A DNA stretch of 63,676 bases, counting the filler, from Folioceros fuciformis (Eukaryota): the NCBI GenBank assembly GCA_049999805.1. It is 9 parts of 9 records of this genome, joined end to end, with 100 filler letters (N's around TTAATTAATTAA, not from the genome) between each part and the next. Parts side by side here need not be neighbours in the genome. Positions count along the whole stretch, not along the records: positions 43,528 to 52,020 come from JBNGIO010003695.1; positions 52,121 to 60,266 come from JBNGIO010003697.1; 7 more parts are not named here. One strand, written 5' to 3'. Under the pieces are notes generated by a model, which saw only the letters and a program-made list of their open reading frames with translations, was not told the DNA's origin and searched no databases. This document shows positions 47,326-58,077 of the stretch, piece after piece. The first letter of the stretch is position 1. Every line of letters starts with the position of its first letter. Position numbers and translations under genes: made by a program.

Positions 47326-50300
47326 TGTGGAGATTGACCAAGAAATCGGACACACGCGGCTAGGCTCACAAGAACAAACTGAACTGATTACATTGCAACA
47401 AGGGTGGACAAGGATATCTGATCCAAGCCCCATGAACGGTTACAACTGTTACTTAACTGTCGTTTAGGGTTTCTCATAAACAACTAACCCTAGGTATATA
47501 ACAATGACTAACTAAATAACACTTATTTCTCAACACCCCCCCTCATTGTACAATATCTACAGTCTATTAGCAAAATGGATAAATCAACAAAATGTTAAAA
47601 ACGAAACCGCTTAAGGTATGAAGGCCTTAGCTTTGGCGGTTAGCCTCCAGTCAGTCTCTCTATTGCTAGCTTAGTCGCCGCCAGCTCCAAGGATTGTTCA
47701 CAGCACATCTTCAAGCTACTTGATGGCCGGCTCTAGGGGGGCTCCCATAGATCTTACAGCTTCTGAAGATGAGGCGCAAACATAGGAAACAAAGGACTCC
47801 CTTGATGTGGCTGTTCCTTAGTTTAGTGGTAAGGAGTCTCCCGGTACGGCGGCGCTTAGGCACATGTTTTGCAAGTGTCCTAAGAATGCTCCTTCTTGCC
47901 CTATTCATCCTAAGGAAAACATTCGCAAGATGTCTAACCGGGGAGCTGTGAGGCACTGGCAAAGATGTCTTCAGGAGGCGAACAATAGAGAGGTAAAGCT
48001 GATACAGGAAATTGCTTCACTCAAGTTGACTCCTGGAGCAACCTCCAGACAGCCTGCTTCCATCAAGTCCTGCAACGTTAAGACAAACTGTGGAGCTAAC
48101 AGATGGACTGGATAGGGTGGTGCTTTCGAAAGACTATCAGCCTTGAGCATTCAACTTGCCCTTAGGACACCTGTCCAAGATGAGGCGACTGGTGACAGAC
48201 GGGGATGGTGCCAACGACCCTATGACACCAGAAGTCTTCATCTGTCCTACATCAAACATAACCATGTTTAGGCTAAATTGGTGTAGATGGGGAGGACAGG
48301 ACGGGAACTTTGTGTCACACTATGGTAAGTCTGCAGCACGTCTGATGTATACCCACCGTTATTGTGGATCGACCTACTGCTAACACACATCTTGGCTGAT
48401 TTGCAGTGTCCAGGGAGAGGATGGCTGAAGAGTCTGGAGTAGAGTGGATGGACGAGGATGAAGACACATCTGAAGAAGACAATCCTAACACTGACTCGAA
48501 TTTTGTTGGCTCTAACTCTTATGGCTCTTAGGATGTCTAACCATCCTTTGAAATGCTCAGTTAGCTAGGATTCAGTAGTAGGTGAACTTCTACATGACCA
48601 CCTGTTGACTTCTGAGACACTTTGTCTTATACTCTGTTGGACACATTTGATGTGTGGAGTGGTCCTAAGACACCCAAGGCTTCTTTGAATTGATGATGCT
48701 TCAACCTAGGTAAGGCCTTGGTTAATAAGTCTGTTGCATTAGCTTCTGTTGGTACGTATTCTAACTTGACCTCTCCAATTTCCACTACATGCCTGTTAAA
48801 ATGATGATGTACTTCTATATGCTTTGTACGAGCATGGAATATTGGGTTCTAGCTAGTGCTAGTGCTAGTGCTGATTGATTGTCGCAGAATATCACTGTCG
48901 AGTCCTTCTGTGGTTGACCCATGTCTGCCAATAGCCTTCGTAACCATATGGCCTCCTTAGATCTTATGTGAGTGCTGAATACTCTATCTCTGTTGAATAG
49001 AGAGAGACAGTAGTCTGCTTTTTGGACGACCAGGTAACAGCTCCACCTACAAGTAAGAAAGCATAGGCAGACACTGACCTCCTTGTGTCTGGGTTTGCAG
49101 CCCAGTCAGCATCACAGTACCCAACAAGGGTAAGTTCCTCTCTTTCGGACCTCTGTTTATTAAAGTGTATGCCATGATCACTTGCACCTTTGAGGTATCT
49201 CAGAACCCTCTTAGTTGCTCACCAGTGTGCCCTTCTTGGGTTCTTCAAATGTTGTGAGACCATGCTCACTGGCAGGGATACATCATGTCGACTATTATTG
49301 GAGTAGTAAATGAGGGAACCAACTGCTTGAGCATACAAGACTGTAGCCATCTCGAGCTTGTTAGAATCAGACACTATGGACTGTGTTGTCATCAACTTGC
49401 ATCCAGTCTCAAGAGGTGTAGTAGCAGTCTTTGCGTCCTCAAGCTTGTACTTGAAAAGCATATCCAATATATACTTTTGCTGATGTATAACGAGTGTGCC
49501 ACTTGTAGGGTCTCTCTCTATACAACTGTGTGCCAAGATAGTAGGACAACTCCCCAACGTCTACCATCTCAAAACAACCTAACAACAAGGCTTTCACACA
49601 GGTAATCCCATCTAAATCTGTCCCTAACAGTATGCAATCGTCTACATATAGAACTAATATGACAAGGCCTGCTGCTCTTGTAGAAGATAGACATTAGTAT
49701 CAGCTATGCTCTTTGAGAAAGCCTAGACCTAAGAGAAACTCATCAATGCACTCATACTGTGCACGAGGACTTTGTTTTAAGCCATAGATAGTTTTTAGCA
49801 ATTGACAAACCCAGTGCTCTTTCCGTGCTACCTCAAATCCCTAAGGCTATTGCATGAAAATATCTTCCTCTAACTTACCATAACGGAAGGCGGTCTTGAC
49901 ATCCATCTGATGGATGTACAAGCCCAAGAATGCAGACATGGAGAATAAAACCCTAAGAGACTGAGATTTAACAACAGGGCTAAATGTGTCATGATAGTCT
50001 AAGCCAAGAACCTGTGAGAAACCACGAGCGACTAACCTAGCCTTATATCTGGAGATAATGTGTCATGATAGTCTAAGCCAAGAACCTGTGAGAAACCACG
50101 AGTGACTAACCTGGCCTTATATCTAGAGATAATGTGTCATAATAGTCTAAGCAAAGAACTTGTGAGAAACCACGAGCGACTAACCTGGCCTTATATCTGG
50201 AGATAGAGCCGTCTGCCTTATATTTCAGCTTAAATACCCATTTAGAGGTGACAATCTTTCTCCCCTCAGGCGGAGGAACTAGCTTCCAGGTATGATTTTG

Positions 50301-52020
50301 TATTAATGAGTTGTATTTGGAATGAATAGCTGCTTGCCAATGCTTAGAATCTGGACCACTAACTGCCTCTCAATATGTCTGTGGTTCGTAGCCAGGTTTA
50401 AAGACCATATTGAGGTCTAGTGCTGAGCCATGAGGTTGAGAAGCCTTCCTGAAGTTGTCATTGCGATAAGGTGATTCTATTTAGTTTTCACGACTTCTAT
50501 GCACTCAAGAAGATCTCCTGAGTGGGACAGGCTGAGAATTAGGCAGCACATACTCCATAGGATCATCTACAGACGGATTTGTGTTCTATGCAATGTTAGG
50601 TTGAGGAACTGCGGGTGCAAAGTCTTATGGTGCTTCATCATCGGATGGAACATGATCTATTGGAAGATTAGAATCATCATCATCTGACACAAGATTAGGC
50701 TGATTGCCAAAATCAGATAGGTCAGATAGTGCTTCTAACACTGCTGGCTGTGAAGGCTGTAGGATTGGAACAACTGACAAGGGGTCTACAAATGATGGAT
50801 CACTAGCAGGAAATGTAACAAAATCGTTATCACTGACCTCTATCTCTGTCTCTACAGAATGGTCTACTACTTTAGCACTGTCTGTATCAAAGAGAACACC
50901 TGGAGGATGAACCAGAGACTCAAGGACAGAACTTTCATCGAAGGCAACTGTCCTAGCATGAGACACTCGATGGGTAGCAGGATTAAATAGCTTATATCCA
51001 TGTATCCCTGCTGTGTATCCTATGAAAATGTGACGCTTAGACTTGAATGCAAACTTATGATGAAGCTTATCAGGTATGTGTGCATAAGCTGTGCTGCCAA
51101 AAACTCTGAGGTGAGATAGGTCTGGTTTGCTACCCGTCCAGACTTCAAAGGGTGTATTGCCACGAAGAGAAGATATAGCTGAACGATTTTGAAGGTATGT
51201 TGCAACTTGCACTGCTTCTGTTCAGAATTTTACTGAAAGTCTCCCCTGATAGAGGAGAGCTATGGCAGCATCCTGAATTATTCTATGTCTTCTCTCAGCT
51301 CGACCATTCATATTAGAGTGATAAGGAATGGTGAGTTGTCTGGCTATCCCCCTTTCCTGTTAATACTCCTGAAAAGCTGTGGATAGATACTCTTTTCCAT
51401 TGTCTGAACGAATGCACTTTAATTTATAGCCGGTTTGTCTCTCTGCATATGCGAGGTACCGCTTGAAGCTCCCAAACACCTCACTCTTATGGCGAAGAAG
51501 CTCTGTTACTGTGAAGTGTGACTTGTCGTCTTCAAACATGACAAAATAGCGAGCTCCTCCCCAAGAGTTCACAAACATCGGCCCACAGATATCAGTGTGA
51601 ACCAGGTCCAGCAATTCTGTGGCTTTCCTGGGCTTTCCACTGCCAAAGTGTGATTTAAATTGCTTACCATGTACACAGGCCACACACAAGTCAAGACTAG
51701 GGAGCTCCTACACACTGAAACCAGTGACCATCTTCTCTTTAAGAAGTTGCCTCATAGCCTGTATGTTGGGATGTCCTAAGTGGCAATGCCACTTAAATGC
51801 ATTGCTAGCGCTACCAGGCTTTGGACTAACATCAATAACGTTGGCTGATTCAGGTGGAACATCAGAAGCAAAGTCCAACAAATAAAGATCAAACAGAGGA
51901 GTCCCTCGAGCAATTATGATTGATGGTGCAGATAGTCTGTAAACATGCCATTCAAAGCCCTCTATAGTAATTCTGTACAGGCCAGTTTTTCCCAGAGCCA
52001 TAGTGCTGACCAAATTCTTT
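47326..52020 (-). mobile_element. Decayed Ty1/Copia (integrase, RT, RNase H, long 3' region, PPT, 3' LTR about 47326-47535)
   Basis: LVHTDICGP, IRSDNGKEY, HQMDVKTAF, YVDD, GYCDADWA; GAGGGGGG PPT next to TGTTGAG; a 74-bp unit triplicated at 49983-50204 breaks the RT. Confidence 0.9.
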
Positions 52021-52543
52021 NNNNNNNNNNNNNNNNNNNNNNNNNNNNNNNNNNNNNNNNNNNNTTAATTAATTAANNNNNNNNNNNNNNNNNNNNNNNN
52101 NNNNNNNNNNNNNNNNNNNNCTTTTATACTGATTTCTTTCTCATGGTGTATGAGATTTTATACAACTTTTATGATAATTGTTTTTAAAGTATGCATTAAA
52201 TATAAAAAATAATAATTAAATTTTCTTTAATGTTTAATAAAATTAATAATAATAAATTTAGAGTTTAGGGTTCATGAATGTTAGTTGTGAATTCTAATAA
52301 ATATACTTTTAAACTTTTTCTGGTCTTTGACTCAAAGACATACAATCTATAGTGATTTTTTTAATGAAAATATTATATATATATANNNNNNNNNNNNNNN
52401 NNNNNNNNNNNNNNNNNNNNNNNNNNNNNNNNNNNNNNNNNNNNNNNNNNNNNNNNNNNNNNNNNNNNNNNNNNNNNNNNNNNNNTGGAGAAATATAGTC
52501 TGAATTGGAGATGTCTTGATAGCATTTGCAACACAAGGAAACC

Positions 52544-53977
52544 ATGTCCGTTACTGTGACATCTACTGCACATAGGAAAAGATCAACACCTCCAACCAGT
52601 CAGAAGCAAATTCGTCAACATGGAGCTCGGACAAGAAGTCTGACCAAAGCAGCTTTAGGCTCTCAAATTGAGATCCAAAATGGCTTGAATCATGTGCAAA
52701 CAAGAGGAAGAGTGAGACGAAAGAAAGATGGCTTGCTTTGTGGATGTGTAGATTTGCTACACTGCACACATCAAAATGTGCGAAAAACTTCCTCAAAGAA
52801 GGGTGAATTGCAACAACCGCAAAGGAGTGACAAAGAAACAGAGTTATTGAAGATGAGACCCTTGAAGTCTTGTCTGATTCAAAGGAGCAATCAAATACGA
52901 AAAATATGGGATTTTTCGACTCAACCCCCTGCTCGGACAGTTTTCCTGTTTCTCATAGGCCTCTTTTTTGGAATGACAGCTTTGAGTTGGAGGTGGTTAT
53001 ACTCCTCACATGTACTACAATCGCTAGAAGATTTGGAAGTTTCAGATGAATCAATCAAAAAAATAGCTAAATGGATGCAAGTACAGGTAGAGTTGATTGA
53101 CAACAAAATTGAAACCGAGATAACAACCTTGAAAAATAGATTGGAAGAAAAGATAGCCAAAGAAGCAATGCATGTTGAGAACGAACTGCAAGATAATTTT
53201 CACAGGGTGGATAGAGTGGGATCCTCTATGGAAACACTTATGGAGGAAGGTCGAATTCCGACCAAGACGGAATTGTCGAAAATGATTCAATCAGAGATAG
53301 AGAATAGAGTTGAAAAGAATGGTGGGCGCGCACTCAGCTTTGAGGATTTAAGCACGATTGCTAGAAAGGTTATCAAGAGTGAGTTAGAGAAGTATCGGGC
53401 AGATGGATTGGCACGAATTGATTTTGCCATTGAAAGTGGAGGAGGTCATGTAGTTGATCATTCTGAAGGATACTTCCTTCGTAGAGGTCAATGGTCCTTC
53501 TCATTTTTCAATTTGTTTCCAGCTCAACATACCCTTCACCCATATGCTAGCAAAGTTTTACAACCTAGTTTAGGAGAACCAGGGCAATGTCTTCCTTTGA
53601 AGGGAAGCAATGTTTGGGTAGATATTGCATTGAGAACCCCTATTCTAGCTGAAGCAATTACTTTAGAACATGTTGCAAGAAGCATTGCTTTCGACCTTTC
53701 CAGTGCTCCAAAAGATTTCCAAATCTTTGGATGGCATGAAGTGAAAGGGAGCAATAAGGGTTCCATAAAACATAGACTTCTTGGCGAATTTAGGTATGAT
53801 TTAATGGCTCCTGCCATCCAAACATTTGACTTGTCAATAGAAGAGTCTGCTAGTGGTTTTATTAATATGGTAAGGTTGCATGTCTTATCAAATTATGGGA
53901 GCCCTACTCATACATGCATTTACAGACTAAGAGTTCATGGAACTGATCCTTGGATGCCTGCAGTTCCTATCTACTAA
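52544..53977 (+). CDS. SUN1: C-terminal SUN-domain inner nuclear membrane protein (SUN1/2 type), single exon
   Basis: MSVTVTST..TP start, TM helix (TVFLFLIGLFFGMTAL), coiled coil KWMQVQVEL, ADGLARIDFAIESGG, GEPGQCLPLKG, AITLEHV, SSAPKDF, SNYGSPTHTCIYRLRVHG. Confidence 0.93.
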   Translation: MSVTVTSTAHRKRSTPPTSQKQIRQHGARTRSLTKAALGSQIEIQNGLNHVQTRGRVRRKKDGLLCGCVDLLHCTHQNVRKTSSKKGELQQPQRSDKETELLKMRPLKSCLIQRSNQIRKIWDFSTQPPARTVFLFLIGLFFGMTALSWRWLYSSHVLQSLEDLEVSDESIKKIAKWMQVQVELIDNKIETEITTLKNRLEEKIAKEAMHVENELQDNFHRVDRVGSSMETLMEEGRIPTKTELSKMIQSEIENRVEKNGGRALSFEDLSTIARKVIKSELEKYRADGLARIDFAIESGGGHVVDHSEGYFLRRGQWSFSFFNLFPAQHTLHPYASKVLQPSLGEPGQCLPLKGSNVWVDIALRTPILAEAITLEHVARSIAFDLSSAPKDFQIFGWHEVKGSNKGSIKHRLLGEFRYDLMAPAIQTFDLSIEESASGFINMVRLHVLSNYGSPTHTCIYRLRVHGTDPWMPAVPIY

Positions 53978-54121
53978 ACCTTTGTGCCACTGCACCCACA
54001 TCCTCAAAACTTAACTTGTCCCAATATATGTATAGCTAAACATTCTTTCTTGTTGATTGTAAAGTCATCTAATACAATAAAAAGAATATCGATCTAAGGA
54101 GTTACACTTGTCAGTTTTCAA

Positions 54122-55165
54122 ATGGATGACGCGATTGATATCTTTGAGCCACCCGTTGAAGAGATTTGCTCACCAATCCCAAGCATTCGGATTCCCATTG
54201 TTGGAGGAGAAGCAAGTTGTGCTAAACTATCTGTGGATGACGTCTGGTTAGCTGTAGGAACCAGTAAGGGAGGGGTTGAGGTTTATGAGGCAAGTCGAAA
54301 AAGACTTGCATTCTCCTTACAAAGAAAAACAGGTGACTACGGTAAATGGGCATGCACAGCTTTAGATTTTCGTCCTTTTTCACATTTGGATCTTACATCC
54401 AATGTACTCTTTTCCTGCGATGTTGCTGGGCATATCCATCGGTGGCATGCTACCACGGGGAAACATCTCAATACAATCAAAGAAGCTAATCAAATTTATA
54501 CTATTGATTTTCAACCATCTGGGCTACAATATGCAACAGCAGGGCAAGACTGTAAAGTAAGAGTGTACAATGGAACCACTTGGCAATTTTTGCATCTCCT
54601 TCAAGAAGGTGATGGAGAGACAACTGCAGGACATACTAATAGAATTTTTGCAGTGAAGTGGCATCCTCTTGATTCTCAAGTGCTCCTAAGTGGAGGGTGG
54701 GATAACACAGTACAGATTTGGGACGTGAGAGTTGAGAAGTCAGTGAGAAGCATCTTTGGGCCCAGGTTATCAGGACAGGCATTAGACATTAGTAGTAGCA
54801 ACCAAGAGATATTGACGGGCTCTTGGAGATCTTCTGAACAACTTCAAGAATGGGACTATGGAAGTGGTAAATTGATAAGAAATTGGGATCTTGAAAGTCA
54901 AGCGCTTGAAAACTTAGAACCATGTAGGCTATATGCTGCTAGATATGGCAAGGTGGTATCCCAAGATGTGATTGTTGCTGGTGGAAGTGGATCAAATGAA
55001 ATCTTCTTCATAAATTCAAAAAATGGAAAGCTTGTTGGAAGAACCTCACCTGCAAATCGTGCTATCCATTCTCTTTCTCTATCGTCTGATGGATCTATGC
55101 TTGTAGTGGCTATAGCTGACAACATAGAAATCTACAATTTGAAAACCTTAAAGTTTTCTACTTGA
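54122..55165 (+). CDS. WD40 beta-propeller protein, single exon
   Basis: 347-aa ORF with about 7 WD repeats, e.g. GHTNRIFAVKWHP...LSGGWDNTVQIWD. Confidence 0.88.
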   Translation: MDDAIDIFEPPVEEICSPIPSIRIPIVGGEASCAKLSVDDVWLAVGTSKGGVEVYEASRKRLAFSLQRKTGDYGKWACTALDFRPFSHLDLTSNVLFSCDVAGHIHRWHATTGKHLNTIKEANQIYTIDFQPSGLQYATAGQDCKVRVYNGTTWQFLHLLQEGDGETTAGHTNRIFAVKWHPLDSQVLLSGGWDNTVQIWDVRVEKSVRSIFGPRLSGQALDISSSNQEILTGSWRSSEQLQEWDYGSGKLIRNWDLESQALENLEPCRLYAARYGKVVSQDVIVAGGSGSNEIFFINSKNGKLVGRTSPANRAIHSLSLSSDGSMLVVAIADNIEIYNLKTLKFST

Positions 55166-55536
55166 TATGGTGTATAATAAGTGCCTTCTTTTTTCGATCA
55201 TATATGTACTAAAGTATATATATATATATATATTTGTAATAGTAATGGTCTTACATTATGACCTATTTTTATTTGGCTAAAAGAATTGGTAGTGGAATTA
55301 TACCTCCTCCATCATTCGCCAATGTTGTTTCTCATTGTGAAAAAAGAGCGTCAGACGGCGGCGTTGGGAATTGAGAAAATGCAAGTGTCAATCTTTGATG
55401 AGAATGTTGGACCCAAGCTTGACCTTCACAACAAGAGCAGTGAAACTGCTTGCGGATTCGGTGCACAAAGAGCTAGCGGATTTGCAATGCGTGATGGCAC
55501 AGGAATTGTGCTCTCTCCGTCATCAGGTACTCGAGA

Positions 55537-56950
55537 ATGTCTTGTGAAAGGTGCAAATGTCGTCTTGGCGCCTGTGAGCCTCGACATCTGGATGAAGAGC
55601 ATTCTTTGTCGTTCTGACCTGTCACTGCAGCCTAAGTTTGCAAGAATCTGAGACGACTTTGAGGTGTAATGTCCTGCGGTCGGTCGGTTATGATGTAATG
55701 AGTTTCTTCCATCCTCGTTGTTGTTTGTTGGAGGAGATTAGTACAAAACGGCAACCGGTCAGGGGAAAGGATGCTACAAGAGCACCAGCGCGCCAACGTG
55801 TAGGTTCCCCTACTGCGGACCTTCTTCGGCGGCAGCGGATCAAGCGCAAAGAGGCGAATGCGCGAAGAAGACCTTACATTCCCTTCTGCAGACATGCAGA
55901 AACCTCACACAATCTCTGGCCCAAGCCCGGGAAAATGTCATGCACCAGGCTGAGGCAGTCCGCAGGGGTTGCAAGACGAGAATCACGCTGGACGCGGATT
56001 TTGCCGGACGAGAATCGGCGGACGACTGCCATGTGGCTGGATGCAATGTAGCCGTGGAATCTTGCCGAGTTCCGGGATGCAGAGTGCGAAAGGCGCGGGA
56101 GAAACCTTGCCAGACGGCGGCGCAATGTTTGGAGAGAAATTATGACGCGCGCGAGGGAGACTGCAAGGTCCCGGGATGCAGTGTTAGAGAGGGAGATTGC
56201 AAGGTGCCGGGATGCGATGTCAGAGAGGGAGATTGCAAGGTCCCGGGACGCAATGTCAGAGAGGGAGATTGCAAGGTCCCGGGATGCAATGTCAGAGAGG
56301 GAGATTGCAAAGTCCCGGGATGCAGAGTTCGAGAGGGAGATTGCGTGGTGCCGGGATGCAGTGTGAAAGAAGGAGATTGCAAGGTGCCTGGATGCGGCGT
56401 GCGAGAGGTAGATTGCAAGGTGCCGGGATGCGGCGTAAGAGAAGGCGATCTCGCAGTGCAAGAATACGGCGGTGAAGAAGGGGATTGCCCGGTCCCAGGC
56501 TGCACACTACATGAAGAATTTTGCGAGGTGCCGGCGTGCAACTACCATGAGGAAACCGGGCAATGCAAGGTGCGCCGTAGAGAAGATGAGTGTCAGGCCC
56601 CGGAATGCTTCATCAGCCATCCGCACCCTTACGCCGGCTGCGAGACAGGGAGATTGAGCCCCCGCTGCAACGACCTGCTGGTGAGGCGAATCCCTTGCGC
56701 CAATGGCCCTGTGACGCTCAAACCAGGCCGACCCCTACACAACGGGAAGATCTGCGCCCTGGAGCGGAGGTGCTGCATGGGAGCGCAGTACGTGGCGATG
56801 CTCACAGCCGAGATCCACCGGCAACGGGAACGCAGGGACGCGGCCGAGGATCTCATCGACCCTTACCTGGAGAGAGCGGCTTGCACCAGGAAACCAGCGT
56901 GGCATTGCGGGCGTCGCAGGCGGTATTGTAAGGTTGCGGAGTATCGATGA
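55537..56950 (+). CDS. Unrecognised Cys-rich protein with 12-aa (R)EGDCKVPGCxV tandem repeats between helical ends
   Basis: Frame is open from 55742 to 56950. Tentative upstream exons 55537-55550 and 55631-55663 splice in frame to an acceptor at 55803. The 36-bp repeat units keep frame and vary mostly at synonymous or variable positions. Confidence 0.65.
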
Positions 56951-57108
56951 GCCATGCTACAACATTTTCACTATTTGTAAATACTTATTTGATTAATTAG
57001 CTGGGGTCAGGAAATGAGGTTTCCTTCGTGCCCCTCTCCGTGTCCGAGCTCCAGTGTGCGCAGTCTGTAGATCTGTTCTGTGAGAGTTGCATTGCGCCGG
57101 CAGAAGCG

Positions 57109-58005
57109 ATGGAGTTCGATTTCGACAATTGGGGGAATACCACGACTGCCGGAATTTTTGCAGGCATGATCTATGGTGGCACGAAGGAGGCGCTGGCTAC
57201 GTCGGTGTGTGCCAAGCTTTCCCTGCAAGGTCTGTTGGTTGTTGCTGCGATCCGATTGCTGGGTCGAGGCTAAGGGAACAGTTGGGTGCAGGAAACGGGG
57301 ATGCACACGGTGTTACCCTTCTTACAATCTGGGACCGATGATCACAGGGAGAAGCGGAGGCTGTGGCGGGAGGCCATGGAGCAGCGGTTCCTGCGCTTGG
57401 CCAGAGGCACTCTCGTGGGCGGTGTGAAGCTGGGTTTGTTTGCTGCCACTTTCTCTGGGATCCAGAATGGGCTTGCCACCACCCGAGGGCGGCATGACAC
57501 CGTCAATGTGGTAACTGCTGGCGCAGTATCGGCTGGACTGTTCGGCTTAGCATGTAAGGAGCTCAACCAAAAGCATATCTGCTGCGGTTCAGGGTTTAAG
57601 GACATGCGTCCCTCTGGATTGACCCTCCCTCCTCTTGTCTGGCAGCTCCGGGAAGCGTGATATCGCGTTTGCAAATGTCAGTAATAGGAACCGTTCTGGG
57701 CGCCGTCGTTTGCCTTCCGCTAGGTGAGGGTCTGCTGGTCGGAGCATGGTTTTCCTGCCAAGGGTTTCATTTCCGCCCCTGTGACTGACGCTGTGTAGTC
57801 ATTTTGTCGTCCAGGCTATGCGGAAACAGAGTTGAGGCAGAGGTATGCGCAAGGGCTCCAGGAAAAAGAACCCGGGAACAGCTCTCCTCCGGAGGGTGTT
57901 GAGAGAGTTATACGGCGGTTGGAGGGCATGGCGCAAGACGAAATTGCCACAGGAGTAGACAGGAATGTCGCTACTTCTGGAAGTGCTAGCTCTTCTGCGG
58001 ACTAA
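57109..58005 (+). CDS. Tim17/Tim22/Tim23-family membrane protein (At5g63000/TIMMDC1-like), 4 exons
   Basis: WGNTTTAGIFAGMIYGG.KEA; WREAMEQRFLRLARGTLVGGVKLGLF; RGRHDTVNVVTAGAVSAGLFGL; PG....R....GTVLGA..CLPLG; GT-AG introns in phase. Confidence 0.85.
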
Positions 58006-58077
58006 TGCATGGAGGTAACTCTCCAGGTGTTTTGCGAGGCAATAGGCAAGTTTTGTCGGGAATGTGTAACCAACAAT

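Noticed and set aside
55874-56541. Alternative-frame repeat ORFs (ASRDLAISLSD; HPGTLQSPSLT; EREIARSRDAM)
   Set aside because: Shadows of the 36-bp repeat; the Cys frame extends furthest into unique sequence on both sides.
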